A stretch of DNA of 64,000 nucleotides from contig JBEBGD010000017.1 in NCBI GenBank assembly GCA_040081625.1, positions 8,784 through 72,783 on the forward strand. Direction: 5' to 3'. A program made the position numbers and the translations under genes. Positions 19,879-30,460 of this stretch are shown piece by piece (within the stretch, counting starts at the first letter, position 1; each line of letters starts with the position of its first letter). This DNA comes from Chthoniobacteraceae bacterium. Its GTDB lineage: Bacteria > Verrucomicrobiota > Verrucomicrobiia > Chthoniobacterales > Chthoniobacteraceae. The notes under the pieces are model-generated. The model did no database searches and was not told where the DNA came from. It saw nothing but the letters and a program-made list of their open reading frames with translations.

Positions 19879-22170
19879 ATGGCCGTAAAATTCCAGCTCC
19901 CAAGTCGCGGCGCACGAGTCGAGTGGCGCCTGTTTTTCCTCGCCTTGGGAATGCTCGCGGGTCTCGGCGCGCTGGTCGCAAAGCTGTGGTGGGAGCAGGT
20001 CGCGCGCGGCCCGATGTGGGCAAAGAAGATCGCCAACCGCAGCGAAGTGACCGTGCGCATCCCGGGCGTGCGCGGTGAGATCCGCGATCGCAACGGCGTC
20101 CCGCTGGTGACCAATCGCGCGAGCTACGAGGTCGATTTCTATCTCCCCGACATGGTGCGCGGCTTCAAGCAGCAGCATCAGGGCGAGAAGCTCCCGCAGG
20201 TCACCTATCGCGGCACGGTCAAGGGCATGGCCAAGGACAAGTCCGAGGCCGACATCGTGCAGATCGTCAACACCAGCGTCATCCCGCGGCTGCAGGACCT
20301 CGATCTCGCCGTGGACTACAACTCGGAGACGCTGCGCCGGCACTACCGCAACGACACCGAGGTGCCGTTCACCTATCGCGAAGAGATCGATTTCAAGACC
20401 CTCGCGCGCTTCTCCGAGCACGACGTCGGACTGCCCGGCGTCGATGTCGCGATCCGGCCCGTGCGCCAATACGTCTTTGGCGCGCTCGCCGCGCATCTGC
20501 TCGGCTACGTCGGCGCCCCGAACGATGTCGATCTGCTGCCCGACGTGCGGAACTACTCGTTCTACCAGCCCGACGTGGAGGGCAAATCGCAGGTCGAAGG
20601 CGCGCTCAACAAATACATCTCCGGCACACCCGGCGTGCGCGTGCTCCAGCGCAATGTGAAAGGCCAGATCGAAGGCGAGCTGCGGCGCATCGAGCCCAAG
20701 CAGGGCGCGAATGTGTATCTCACCATCGACGCGCGCGTCCAATACATCACCGAGCGCGCGCTGCGCGTGGTCGGTCGCGGCGCGGCCGTGGTCGTGAACC
20801 CGAAGAATGGCGACATCCTCGCGATGGCCAGCGTGCCGAGCTACGACCCGAACGTCTTCATCCCGAGCATCGACGAGGTCGCGTGGAAACAGATCATCAA
20901 GGACGACACCGACCCGCTCACCAATCGCGCGATCCAGGGCTACGCGCCGGGCTCGACTTACAAAGTCGTCGCCGCGCTCGCCGGCCTGCGAAAGGGGCTG
21001 ACCTCGGGCAGCAGCTTCACCTGCTACGGCGGCGTGAGCTACGGCAACAAATACATGAAGTGCTGGATCGCCGACAAGGGCGGCAGCCACGGCGGGCTCA
21101 CGCTTTCCGACGCGCTCAAGGTCTCGTGCAACGCCTTCTTCTACCAATGGGGCAACGCCGCCGGCATCGACAACATCGTCGCCACCGGCAAGGCGCTCGG
21201 GCTTGGTGAGAAAACCGGCGTCCCGCTCACCGGCGAGGACGGCGGCATCCTGCCCGGGCCCGACTGGCTCAAGAGCGTCAGCCCGCAGGAGCGCTGGTCG
21301 CAAGGCTACACGGCCAACGTGTCGATCGGCCAGGGCTCGGTCGAAGCATCGCCGCTGCAGATGGCCATGGTCATCGCCACCGTCGCCAATCGCGGCACGT
21401 CCTTCCGGCCCCGGCTCGTCGATCGCGTCGTCGATCAGGAAGGCCGCGATGTGCGCGACGAGGAAGGTCGCACGGTCGCGCCGCCGAAGCCCGATGTGCT
21501 CGCGGACCTGCGCCGAGCGGGGATCGGCGAATCGCAGATCGAACTCGTGCGCCGCGGCATGTGGAAAGTCGTCAACGAAGGCGGGGGCACCGGCAAACGC
21601 GCACAGGTCAAGGGCGTCGAAGTCGCCGGCAAGACAGGCACGGCGCAATTCTGGCGCGGGAACGTGAAGGACAACCACACGTGGTTCATCTGCTTCGCGC
21701 CGTATCAGGATCCGAAGTATGCGATCTGCGTGATGGTCCAGGGCGCGAAGTCCGGCGGCGGCGTCTCCGCGCCGATCGCGCAGCGCATCCTCGAGGAGAC
21801 GCTCGCGCTCGAGCAGGACCCGAATCTCGTCACCCTCACGCGGCTCGAACCGGCGCGCGGCAGCTTCGCGCAGATCGAGGCGGTCGAGTTCAAGGAAAAG
21901 GACGCCGGCGTCGCCAAGCTCGCCGCCGCTGCCGGCCACGAAGACCAGGAGACCGCCGACCACGTGGACGACCCGCTCAACCGAAAGAAAGGCCCGCAAC
22001 TCGGCGTCACCCCCGACATCCGTCCCGGCGCCGATTCCGGTGGCCGGCTCAAGGACCGCGCGAAACCCAAGCGCGACCCGAACGACAAACGCAACTTCAT
22101 CGAGCGCTTCTTCGGCTTCGGCCGCAAACCCAACCCCGCCCCACCGCAAAAACAGCCCTTCCGGCGCTGA
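19879..22170 (+). CDS. mrdA: Penicillin-binding protein 2
   Basis: 'RGEIRDRNG'; SxxK 'GSTYK'; SxN 'SCN'; KTG 'GKTGTAQ'. Start at ATG 19879. Confidence 0.95.
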   Translation: MAVKFQLPSRGARVEWRLFFLALGMLAGLGALVAKLWWEQVARGPMWAKKIANRSEVTVRIPGVRGEIRDRNGVPLVTNRASYEVDFYLPDMVRGFKQQHQGEKLPQVTYRGTVKGMAKDKSEADIVQIVNTSVIPRLQDLDLAVDYNSETLRRHYRNDTEVPFTYREEIDFKTLARFSEHDVGLPGVDVAIRPVRQYVFGALAAHLLGYVGAPNDVDLLPDVRNYSFYQPDVEGKSQVEGALNKYISGTPGVRVLQRNVKGQIEGELRRIEPKQGANVYLTIDARVQYITERALRVVGRGAAVVVNPKNGDILAMASVPSYDPNVFIPSIDEVAWKQIIKDDTDPLTNRAIQGYAPGSTYKVVAALAGLRKGLTSGSSFTCYGGVSYGNKYMKCWIADKGGSHGGLTLSDALKVSCNAFFYQWGNAAGIDNIVATGKALGLGEKTGVPLTGEDGGILPGPDWLKSVSPQERWSQGYTANVSIGQGSVEASPLQMAMVIATVANRGTSFRPRLVDRVVDQEGRDVRDEEGRTVAPPKPDVLADLRRAGIGESQIELVRRGMWKVVNEGGGTGKRAQVKGVEVAGKTGTAQFWRGNVKDNHTWFICFAPYQDPKYAICVMVQGAKSGGGVSAPIAQRILEETLALEQDPNLVTLTRLEPARGSFAQIEAVEFKEKDAGVAKLAAAAGHEDQETADHVDDPLNRKKGPQLGVTPDIRPGADSGGRLKDRAKPKRDPNDKRNFIERFFGFGRKPNPAPPQKQPFRR

Positions 22171-22194
22171 CCCTCGTTTTCCCCCATCCGCCCA

Positions 22195-23781
22195 GTGATC
22201 CAAAAACTTACCGACAAACTTATCTCCATGACCGAACGCGTAAAACGCATGATCGGCCTGGCCCCGCGCCAGACCGGAAACAAAATCATCATCAACTGCG
22301 AAAAGCTCGAGAAGCGCGTGGCGCTGCTCGAAAACGGAGTGCTCGAGGAATACACCATCGAGCGACCGAGCGACCGCAACATCGTAGGCAGCATCTACAA
22401 GGGCCGCGTCAAAAACATCGAGCACGGCCTCAAGGCCATGTTCGTCGATATCGGCTACGAGAAGAATGCCTTCCTCCATTTCTGGGATGCCCTCCCTTCC
22501 GCACTCGACAGCGGCATCGAGGAAGTCGAGCGCAAGGACAAGAAAGCCGCGAAGAAGATCAGCTCGAAAGACATCCCCGACATCTATCCCGTCGGCAGCG
22601 AAGTCCTCGTGCAAGTGACCAAGGGCCCCATCAGCACCAAGGGCCCGCGCATCACCACGAACATCTCGCTCGCGGGCCGCTTCCTCGTGCTCATGCCTTA
22701 CAGCGAGCAGAGCGGCATCTCGCGCAAGATCGAGAGCCCGAAAGAGCGCGACCGGCTGCGCAAAATCCTGCGCGACCTCAACGTGCCCGAGGGCATCGGC
22801 GTCATCATCCGCACCGTCGGCGAAGGCCAGAAGGCGCGCGACCTCGCCTACCTGCTCGAGCAATGGCGCAGCATCGAGGAGGCGATGAAGAAGCCCGACA
22901 AAGTCGCCTGCGTCTTCCAGGAGCCCGACCTCATCGAGCGCACCGTGCGCGACTTCCTCACCGACGAGATCGACGAAATCCTCTGCGACGACGAAGCCGC
23001 CGCCAAGCGCATGATGGACATCTGCGGCCAGATCTCGAAGCGCTCGCGCAGCAAGATCAAGCACTACACCGAGCCCCAGCCGATCTTCGAGAAATACGGC
23101 ATCAAGAAGCAGATCGACGACAGCTTCCACCGCCAGGTCTGGCTGCCGTGCGGCGGCTACATCGTCATCGACGAGACCGAGGCGCTCGTGGCCATCGACG
23201 TGAACACCGGCCGCAACAAAGGCTCCAAGGACCTCGACAAGACCATCCTCCAGACCAACCTCGAGGCCGCCGACGAGATGAGCCGGCAGATGCGCCTGCG
23301 CAACATCGGCGGCATCATCATCGGCGACTTCATCGACATGAAGGGCCGCCGCGACCAGCAGCAGGTCTATCAGCGGATGAAAGAGCGAATGCGCCGCGAC
23401 AAGGCCAAGACGCACATCCTCCCGATCAGCGCACTCGGCCTCATGGAGATGACCCGCCAGCGCGCCGCCGAGTCGCTGCACGCGACCGTCTATGAGCCGT
23501 GCCCGTATTGCGGCGGCCGCGGCCGGATCAAGAGCAGCATGAGCATGAGCGTCGAGCTCCAGCGCGCGCTGCACCAGTTGCTCCGCTCGAATCCCGAGGT
23601 CCACGAAGTCAAAGTCATCGTCCACCCGCACCTGCTCAACCGCCTCAAGACCGAGGACGACGAACTGCTCGTCGAGATCGAGCGCCGCTACGAAGGCCGC
23701 CTGTCCTTCCGCAGCGATCCCACGCTCCACCACGAGAAATTTACCGTCCTCAACGCCTTGACCAACCAGGAGCTGAAGTAA
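22195..23781 (+). CDS. rng: Ribonuclease E/G family protein
   Basis: S1 domain 'IYKGRVKNI..AMFVDIG', 'KGPRIT', 'AIDVNTG', 'DFIDM', Zn link 'CPYCGGRG'. Confidence 0.93.
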   Translation: MIQKLTDKLISMTERVKRMIGLAPRQTGNKIIINCEKLEKRVALLENGVLEEYTIERPSDRNIVGSIYKGRVKNIEHGLKAMFVDIGYEKNAFLHFWDALPSALDSGIEEVERKDKKAAKKISSKDIPDIYPVGSEVLVQVTKGPISTKGPRITTNISLAGRFLVLMPYSEQSGISRKIESPKERDRLRKILRDLNVPEGIGVIIRTVGEGQKARDLAYLLEQWRSIEEAMKKPDKVACVFQEPDLIERTVRDFLTDEIDEILCDDEAAAKRMMDICGQISKRSRSKIKHYTEPQPIFEKYGIKKQIDDSFHRQVWLPCGGYIVIDETEALVAIDVNTGRNKGSKDLDKTILQTNLEAADEMSRQMRLRNIGGIIIGDFIDMKGRRDQQQVYQRMKERMRRDKAKTHILPISALGLMEMTRQRAAESLHATVYEPCPYCGGRGRIKSSMSMSVELQRALHQLLRSNPEVHEVKVIVHPHLLNRLKTEDDELLVEIERRYEGRLSFRSDPTLHHEKFTVLNALTNQELK

Positions 23782-23788
23782 CGAGCCG

Positions 23789-23820
23789 CGGCGGTTGTTA
23801 CAGGAATGTCACAGCCGCCG
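23789..23820 (+). promoter_or_regulatory. Pho-box-like direct repeat inside a GGAA-loop hairpin
   Basis: TGTTACA (23796-23802) and TGTCACA (23807-23813) at 11-bp period, about 50 bp upstream of phoB. Confidence 0.55.
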
Positions 23821-23862
23821 CCTTGCCGCGCGCCGGGCGATTCCGAAGGTCCGCGGCTCACA

Positions 23863-24561
23863 ATGACCGCCAAAACCGCCAGCAAAAAAATCCTCATCGC
23901 GGATGACGAAGCGGACGTCTTGAACCTCCTCGCGATGAGTCTTAAGACCGCGGGCTACCAGGTGCTCGCGTGCGATGACGGCGAGTCGGCGCTCGATTCC
24001 GCGCGGCGCGCATTGCCCAGCCTCGTCGTGCTCGACTTGATGCTGCCCGGCATGAGCGGCCTCGAGGTCTGCCGCGCGCTCAAGTCCGAGCCGGCGACCA
24101 GGGCCATCCCCGTCATCATGCTCACGGCGAAGGCTGAGGAAATCGATCGCATCGTCGGGCTCGAACTCGGCGCCGATGACTACGTGACCAAGCCTTTCAG
24201 CCCGCGCGAACTCGTGCTGCGCATCCGCTCGATCCTGCGCCGTTCCGAGACTCGCAGCGAGCCGGCGGACGTGCTGCGGCATGGCGAGATCCAGGTCGAT
24301 CGCTCGCGCTACGAGGTGCTCGTGAAGGGCAGGCCGATCGAGTTCACCGCGACCGAGTTCAAGCTGCTCACCGTCCTCATGGAACGCCGCGGCCGCGTCC
24401 AAAGCCGCGACACCCTGCTCAACGACGTGTGGGGCTACGAGAACCTCATCGACACACGCACCGTCGATACCCACATCCGCCGCCTGCGCGAAAAGCTCGG
24501 CAAAGCCGCCGACTGCATCGAGACCATCCGCGGCTTCGGCTACCGGATGATCGACGCGTGA
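23863..24561 (+). CDS. phoB: OmpR/PhoB-family response regulator
   Basis: 'ILIADDE', 'LDLMLPG', 'GADDYVTKPFSPREL', 'RTVDTHIRRLREKL'. Start at ATG 23863. Confidence 0.85.
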   Translation: MTAKTASKKILIADDEADVLNLLAMSLKTAGYQVLACDDGESALDSARRALPSLVVLDLMLPGMSGLEVCRALKSEPATRAIPVIMLTAKAEEIDRIVGLELGADDYVTKPFSPRELVLRIRSILRRSETRSEPADVLRHGEIQVDRSRYEVLVKGRPIEFTATEFKLLTVLMERRGRVQSRDTLLNDVWGYENLIDTRTVDTHIRRLREKLGKAADCIETIRGFGYRMIDA

Positions 24562-25772
24562 TGGGCTGGCTCGCCGCCTTGCTCGTGGCTGCGGTGCTCG
24601 GCGGCTGGCTGTGGCGCGAGCGCCGGCAGCTCCGGCGTGCGGAGCGCGAACACGCCCGGCTCACGCGCGAGCTTCACGAGGTCCGCCTCAGCCGCGACGC
24701 CGAGGCCGCGCATCTCACGACCATCCTCGTCGGCATGAGTGAAGGCGTGCTCGTCGTGGACGGCGCGCACGTCGTGCGGATGGCGAATCCATCGTCGCGC
24801 GAACTGCTCGATCTCCGCACCGACCCCGTCGGCAAGACGGTGCTGCACGCGATCCGTGCGGTCGAACTCGACGAACTCGTGACCGCCACCTTCGCCGAGC
24901 ACAAGCCGCACGAGACCGGGCTTTCGCTCGCGCACCTCAAGCCGCCGCGCCACCTCGCGCTCGATGCGACGACGATCCACACCGAGTCCGGCGAAGATCG
25001 CGTGCTCGTCATCTGCCGCGACGTGACACGGCTCAGGCAGCTCGAGGACGTGCGGCGCGAGTTCGTGGCGAACGTCTCGCACGAGTTGCGCACGCCGCTC
25101 GCGATCTTCCAGGGCTACCTCGAGAACCTCATCGATCATCCCGATCTCCCGCGCCCCGAGTTGGTCGATGTCCTCGCCATCCTCAATCGCCACTCCACGC
25201 GCTTGAACGCGCTCGTGGAAGATCTGCTCGTGCTCGCGCGCCTCGAATCGTCCGCGGACACGTTGACCATCGAGCCCGTCGAGCCGCGCCGACTCGTCGA
25301 GGAGGTCGTCGCCGACTGGAAGCTGCGGGCCGCGGGCAAGCAGGTGCGGATCGAGTGCAGCGGCGAGGCGCCGGAGTGCGAAGCCGACCCCATGCGCATC
25401 GGCCAGGTGCTCACCATCCTCGTGGACAACGCGTTCAAATACACCGACGCCGGCGGCTGCGTGCGCGTGTCCGTGGCGCCTTGCGCCGATGGCGTCGAGT
25501 TTCGCGTCTTCGATACCGGCGCCGGCATCCCGCCACAGGACCTGCCGCGCATCTTCGAGCGCTTCTATCGCGCCGACAAAGCGCGCAGCCGCGAGCACGG
25601 CGGCACGGGCCTCGGCCTTTCGATCGCCAAGCACATCGTGCAGCAACACGGCGGCACGATCCGCGTCGAGAGCACCTACGGCAAAGGCACGACCGTGGTC
25701 CTCACGCTGCCGCTCAGCCAAGCAGATGCTCGATCACCATCTGATCGAGCGCCTGGTAGTGACGCTGCTTGA
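24561..25772 (+). CDS. phoR: PAS-domain sensor histidine kinase, PhoR-like
   Basis: 'RREFVANVSHELRTPL', 'DNAFKYT', 'IFERFYRADKARSR', 'GGTGLGLSI'; coupled to the phoB stop codon. Confidence 0.85.
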   Translation: MGWLAALLVAAVLGGWLWRERRQLRRAEREHARLTRELHEVRLSRDAEAAHLTTILVGMSEGVLVVDGAHVVRMANPSSRELLDLRTDPVGKTVLHAIRAVELDELVTATFAEHKPHETGLSLAHLKPPRHLALDATTIHTESGEDRVLVICRDVTRLRQLEDVRREFVANVSHELRTPLAIFQGYLENLIDHPDLPRPELVDVLAILNRHSTRLNALVEDLLVLARLESSADTLTIEPVEPRRLVEEVVADWKLRAAGKQVRIECSGEAPECEADPMRIGQVLTILVDNAFKYTDAGGCVRVSVAPCADGVEFRVFDTGAGIPPQDLPRIFERFYRADKARSREHGGTGLGLSIAKHIVQQHGGTIRVESTYGKGTTVVLTLPLSQADARSPSDRAPGSDAA

Positions 25773-26745
25773 TCAGCGCCGCGGCGCCCTTCTCGTCGAA
25801 GCTGCGCACCTTCTCGACGAGACGCAGGAACGTGGCGCGGCTGTTCGTGAGGTGATCCATCCAGTGCTCCTCGCGCGTGGTGCGGAAGGGATGCACGTCG
25901 AAGCAGACATACTCGCCGCGCTTGCCGTAGCCGTTGCGCTCGAGCGCGCGGACTTGATCGAACGCGCTGCGCAGGTTCGTGCAGCCGAAGGGACGGTCCT
26001 GGTCGAATTTGAGGCCGTTCTGGTCGTTGAGGTGCAGGCTCCACAGCTTCCCGAAGGCGCAGGCGAAATCGATTTCGTCCGATGGATCGAGGCCCGCGAG
26101 GATCGCGTGCGCGCTCTCGATCAGACAGCCGACGCGCTCAGAGTCGCGAGTGAGTTGCGCGAGCGCGAGCGCGTGGCCGATGGTGGGAATGTAGGCGTGA
26201 TCCATCGGCTCGTTCGGTTTCGGCTCGATCGCGATCCGGATTTTTTTGTCGTGCGCGAGCATCGCGTCGAGTGCCTCGACGAGGTAGTCCATGGACTGCC
26301 GCCCACTCTTCGCCTCGCGGATGTAGGTGCCCTCGCGAGCCAGCCACAGCACGAGGATGTCGGTGCCGAGGATCTTCGCGATGTCGATGCTCCGTTTGCT
26401 GCGCTCGATCGCGTAGCGGCGTTGCTTCGCGTCGTTGCTCGTGTAGCCGCCATCGATCGTCTCCGGCGCGAACCACAGCCGCGGCGCGACCATTTCCGCG
26501 ACGATGCCCTCGCCATCGAGCCGCTTCTTCAGGGCTTTCGCCTCCTTCGCGATTTGCGGCCACGACTTGCAGTCGATGTCCGGCACGGCGTCGTCGTCGT
26601 GAAACATCATCGCCTCAAAGCCATGTTCCTTGAGCTGCGCGAGCTTCCAGTCGAAGCCGCGGTCGATGCGCGTGATCGGGCCGTAGGGATCCTGGCCGGG
26701 GCTGATGTTCCAGGGGCCGAAGCAGAAGCGGTATTTGGTGGGCAT
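25714..26745 (-). CDS. xylA: Xylose isomerase-like TIM-barrel protein
   Basis: 'MFHDDD', 'IEPKPNEP', 'ESAH', 'HLNDQ', 'FDQD' match class I xylose isomerase metal-binding motifs; substrate is uncertain. Confidence 0.75.
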   Translation of the reverse strand: MPTKYRFCFGPWNISPGQDPYGPITRIDRGFDWKLAQLKEHGFEAMMFHDDDAVPDIDCKSWPQIAKEAKALKKRLDGEGIVAEMVAPRLWFAPETIDGGYTSNDAKQRRYAIERSKRSIDIAKILGTDILVLWLAREGTYIREAKSGRQSMDYLVEALDAMLAHDKKIRIAIEPKPNEPMDHAYIPTIGHALALAQLTRDSERVGCLIESAHAILAGLDPSDEIDFACAFGKLWSLHLNDQNGLKFDQDRPFGCTNLRSAFDQVRALERNGYGKRGEYVCFDVHPFRTTREEHWMDHLTNSRATFLRLVEKVRSFDEKGAAALIKQRHYQALDQMVIEHLLG

Positions 26746-26810
26746 GGTGGTGAGGAAGTTGTTGTCGAGGTGCGGGTGCTTCGCTTACCAGAGCCGCCCA
26801 TTCCACCGCC

Positions 26811-27110
26811 ATGTTTTCTCACATCGTAATTTTCTGGACCGACCCCGCCAACCCGAACGCCGCCGATCAGCTCGTCGCCGGCGTGGAAAAATACCTGCGC
26901 CCGATTCCGCTGCCGTTGCACTTCCACTGCGGCCGCATGGCCACGAGCCCGCGCACCGATGTAGTGGACCAGAGCTATCAGGTCGCGCTGAATTTCACCT
27001 TCAACTCGAAGGCCGACCAGGACGCCTACCAGGTCCATCCGCTGCACCTCGATTTCGTCGAGAACTGCAAGGCGCTGTGGAAGCGCGTGGTCGTTTACGA
27101 TTTCGAGTAG
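26811..27110 (+). CDS. Dabb family (stress-responsive A/B barrel) protein
   Basis: 'HIVIFW', 'YQVHPLHLDF', 'VVVYDF'. Confidence 0.88.
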   Translation: MFSHIVIFWTDPANPNAADQLVAGVEKYLRPIPLPLHFHCGRMATSPRTDVVDQSYQVALNFTFNSKADQDAYQVHPLHLDFVENCKALWKRVVVYDFE

Positions 27111-27113
27111 GCG

Positions 27114-28127
27114 CTATCGGCCGGTCTTCTCGAACACCCACCGCAGCCCACGCTCGAGACGCTCGACCATGTGATCGCCGTGGTGCCCGGGCGCTTCGTA
27201 GAAGATCACCGGCGACGGACGCTCACGCATCGCCTCGAAGATTTTCTTTGCACCGATGTTCGCGCCGAATTCGTCGAACTGCGCGCCGTCGAGATACACG
27301 GCCTGCTTGGGTGAAAATGCGTCCGTCTTCCGGCGCACAATCGTGAGCGGATCGGCATCGATCCAGCGCTGCCACACATCGGCGCGCCAGCGACCCTCGG
27401 CGTCGTAGAGCCACTCGAACCGGCCCGGACCACTCGGCGTGTAGTTCGCGCAGAGGCCGAGGACGAGTTCCGCGAGACCGCCGGGCAACTGCTGACGACC
27501 GCGCGGCGCCATCGCAGCGGCGAGTTCCGCGGGCGTGAGCCGCTGCACCGCGGGCTGCTGCACCAGTGGCTTATGCGTGACTTCGAAATCGCTGTCCGGC
27601 GAGAGCGCGATGGCGGCGGAGAAGATTTCCGGCCGATCCATCGCGAGGCGGAGCGCGCCGTAGCCGCCGCTCGAGTGCCCCGCGATCCAGCAGCGACCCG
27701 GCGGCCACGGATGATCCTTCGCGAGCGCGCCCACGATTTCATCCGCCACGAAGTCCGCGTAGCGGCCCGTCGCGGCTGAGTTCACGAATTGGCTCCCGCC
27801 GTATCGCGAGCGTCCATCGACCACCGCGATGCGCAGCGGCAGTCCGTCCTTCGCGAGCTGCGCGACGAGCCGCTCGAAGCCCACGTCGCCGCCGGGCGCG
27901 AGAAAGTTTTCCGACGAACTCCCCCACCCCGGCAGATACACGACCATCGGCAGCGCCTTCTCCCGTCCGGCGCTCTCCGGCGAAAAGATCGCGACGCGCC
28001 GCTGCGTGCGATCGCCGAGCGGATTGTCCGCGAGCACGCGCGACTCGATGACGAGAGCCTCCGGTTGCGTCGCGCGCGAGCACGAGACAAGCAGCGAGCA
28101 ACCGGCAAGGAGCAGCGGGCGGAACAT
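27114..28127 (-). CDS. Putative esterase (alpha/beta hydrolase), probable lipoprotein
   Basis: Nucleophile motif GHSSGG; 'LADNPLGD'; lipobox-like 'LLVSC'. Confidence 0.82.
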   Translation of the reverse strand: MFRPLLLAGCSLLVSCSRATQPEALVIESRVLADNPLGDRTQRRVAIFSPESAGREKALPMVVYLPGWGSSSENFLAPGGDVGFERLVAQLAKDGLPLRIAVVDGRSRYGGSQFVNSAATGRYADFVADEIVGALAKDHPWPPGRCWIAGHSSGGYGALRLAMDRPEIFSAAIALSPDSDFEVTHKPLVQQPAVQRLTPAELAAAMAPRGRQQLPGGLAELVLGLCANYTPSGPGRFEWLYDAEGRWRADVWQRWIDADPLTIVRRKTDAFSPKQAVYLDGAQFDEFGANIGAKKIFEAMRERPSPVIFYEAPGHHGDHMVERLERGLRWVFEKTGR

Positions 28128-28167
28128 GGTCGCGCACCTACTCAACGCACGGGTTCACCGCAAGCCG

Positions 28168-29910
28168 TCAGCGTCTCGCCTGCGCGGACGCGCGGAGGTC
28201 GAATGCGGCGAGGTCGCCGGCATTTGTGCGAACGTAGAGGCGGCCATTTGCGAGCGTGGGCGTGGCGTAGCACCGGCCTTCCACGGCCTTGAATCGCGCA
28301 CCCGGCTTCAGCTCGGCAATGCTCGTGGGCGCGATGACGACTTCGCCGTCGCGCGTGAGGAAGAGCCAGTGCCCATCGGCGAGGATGAAGGTGCTCGTCG
28401 GCACCGCGTCGCTGACCCAGCGGCTCACGCCGGTCGCGGCATCGACACACGTGAACTCGTGATGGCCCCGGCGTTTTTCGTTGAAGGCGAAGAGGCAGCC
28501 GTCGTGCGGGATCGCGGTGTTGAAGAGCAGCGCGAACTGCTTGTGCGTCCATGCGGCGCGGACATTCGTCGCGGCGCCAGCGTCCCAGTCGAGCAGCGCG
28601 GCCTCGTCGGTGCCGGTGTTGCTCACGAGGATGCGGTGGGCGACAAAGACGGGCGTGACCGTGTTGGTGAAATCGCGCGCGGTGGTGCGGTGCGACCACA
28701 CCACACGGCCATCGCGCGGATCGAAGACGTCGAGCGCCTCGCCCTTGAACATCGCGACGTAACGCCGCCCGTCGCACGTGAAGCCGCGCGCGGAGCTGTA
28801 GCCCGCTTCGCCGGTGCCGGACTTCCACCGCACCTCGCCGGTCGCGGCATCGAGCGCGGCGGTCGAGCCGGTCTTCCCCGGCGCGGCGCCGAGATCGACG
28901 AAGACCGTGCCGCCCTCGACGAGAGGGCTCTGCGCGTAACCATAGACGGGGCGTTTGCCGCCGAGATCGGCGACGAGATTTTTCCGCCACGCGAGCTTGC
29001 CGGTGTTTGTCTCGATGCACACGAGGTCGCCCTCGCGTGTGAGCGCGAAGATGTGCATTTCCACGACCGTCGGCGTCGCGCCGGGGCCGTTCGGGACGAT
29101 CGGCATTGCGTGCGCGGCCGTGGCGCACGCGATCGAGTGTTTCCACAGCTCCTCACCCGTCGCGGCGTCGAGCGCGAAGAGGTTCTCCGTGTCCTCGCCG
29201 TCGTTGCCTTGCGTGAAAAGCCGGCCATCGACGACGACGCTCGAACTCATCCCCTCGCCCACCTTCACGCGCCAGAGCGAGCGCGGTCCCCCGGCGGGCC
29301 AGTCCTTGCGCCAGCCGGCCTCGCTCGAGATGCCGTCGCGATTCGCTCCCCGCCATTGCGGCCACGACGCACCACCACTCGGCTCGCTCGGCGCTTTCAC
29401 ATCCTTCGCCGCGGTGCCCGTCGGTGCTGGCGCAATCGCAGCGGTCGCGGGTTTGGCGTCGAGATCGACGAGTTCGAGCTCGGGAATCTGGCCCTTGCGG
29501 CTCGATCCGCCGACGGCGACGAGGCGCTGGACGGCGAGCGGGAGCAGGCGGTGGAAGAAGCGGGGCTTTGCGAGTTTGCCGATCTCTTCCCAGCTTTGTT
29601 GATCGGCACTGAGCGCGTGGATTTTCCCCGAGAGCGGGCTGGCGAGCAGCTCGCCCTTCGCCGCGCACGCGGCCATGCCGAAGCCGGCGAGCGAGCCGTC
29701 CGGCAGCAGCGGGCCCCGGCCCCATGCGCCGGTCGCCGGCTCGAACCAATCGACGCGGCGCGACGGATCGTCGTCGTTTTCCATGCCGCCGAGAAACCAG
29801 ATGCGCTCGCCCAGCGCGACGGCCGCGAGTGCGCGGCGCTTGAACGGCTGCGGGATCGTGGTCCAGCCTTTTTCCGGCGCGCGAAGGTCGATCGTCAGGC
29901 CGGAGGTTTG
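28168..29910 (-). pseudogene. 5'-truncated Kelch-repeat + PQQ-like beta-propeller protein
   Basis: Kelch sequence continues upstream of ATG 29784 (GLTIDLRAPEKGWTTIPQPFKRRALAAVALGERIWFLGG) without a start codon or signal peptide, then runs into the stop at 29971. The PQQ domain starts at 'WPQWRGANRDG'. Confidence 0.7.
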
Positions 29911-29970
29911 CAGACCCGGTGAACCGTCCCGGAACCGCCTCCGCGCGCGGCAAATTCGAGGGCCAGGAAG

Positions 29971-30460
29971 TTAAGGTGTCGTGAGTGTGAAATCGGAATC
30001 GTCGGTCTCGGCGGCCTGGTTCGACCAGCGGCGCATGTCGCTGAGTTGCTGGAAATCCAGCAGCTCGACATGTCCATCGAGCATCGCGGTGATCGCACGG
30101 TCGTCGTAGCGAAAATCGACCTGTCCGAACATCGTCGCAGGGGCGCCGCGTTGGTATTTGCGCGGCCAGCGGCGCGCGGTCAGGCTCGGCGCTTCGACCT
30201 TGAAATAGCCGGGCACGCGCTCGCCGTCGCTCTCGAAACACGCGGACGCGAATACCACGAGTGTCTGCGGGCGCACCGCTTCGCCGAGCCGCGTGACGCA
30301 GAAGTCGCCGTAGGCATTGAGCGCGCGCGGATTCTCCGGGTTGAAGGAGCCATAGTCGCCGCCGACGAAGACGGTGTTCATGCCGAAGGCCGGTGAGACG
30401 CTGACGGCATAGACCCACTCAGCGTGCTCGCGCTCGCGATCGCGGCGCAGCCGGTCGCGT
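29971..30460 (-). pseudogene. C-terminal remnant of a prepilin-type (H-X9-DG-like) protein
   Basis: 'PAFGMNTVFVGG' and 'VDFRYDDRAITAMLDGHV'; no N-terminal prepilin cleavage region; joined out of frame to the AraC gene. Confidence 0.65.

Noticed and set aside
19873..23733. 1,286-aa minus-strand ORF
   Set aside because: Antisense shadow of mrdA and rng caused by high-GC codon bias; no recognisable motifs.
25714..25772. 59-bp convergent overlap of phoR and the isomerase gene
   Set aside because: Short tail overlaps are common in high-GC genomes; the phoR extension lies beyond the conserved domain.
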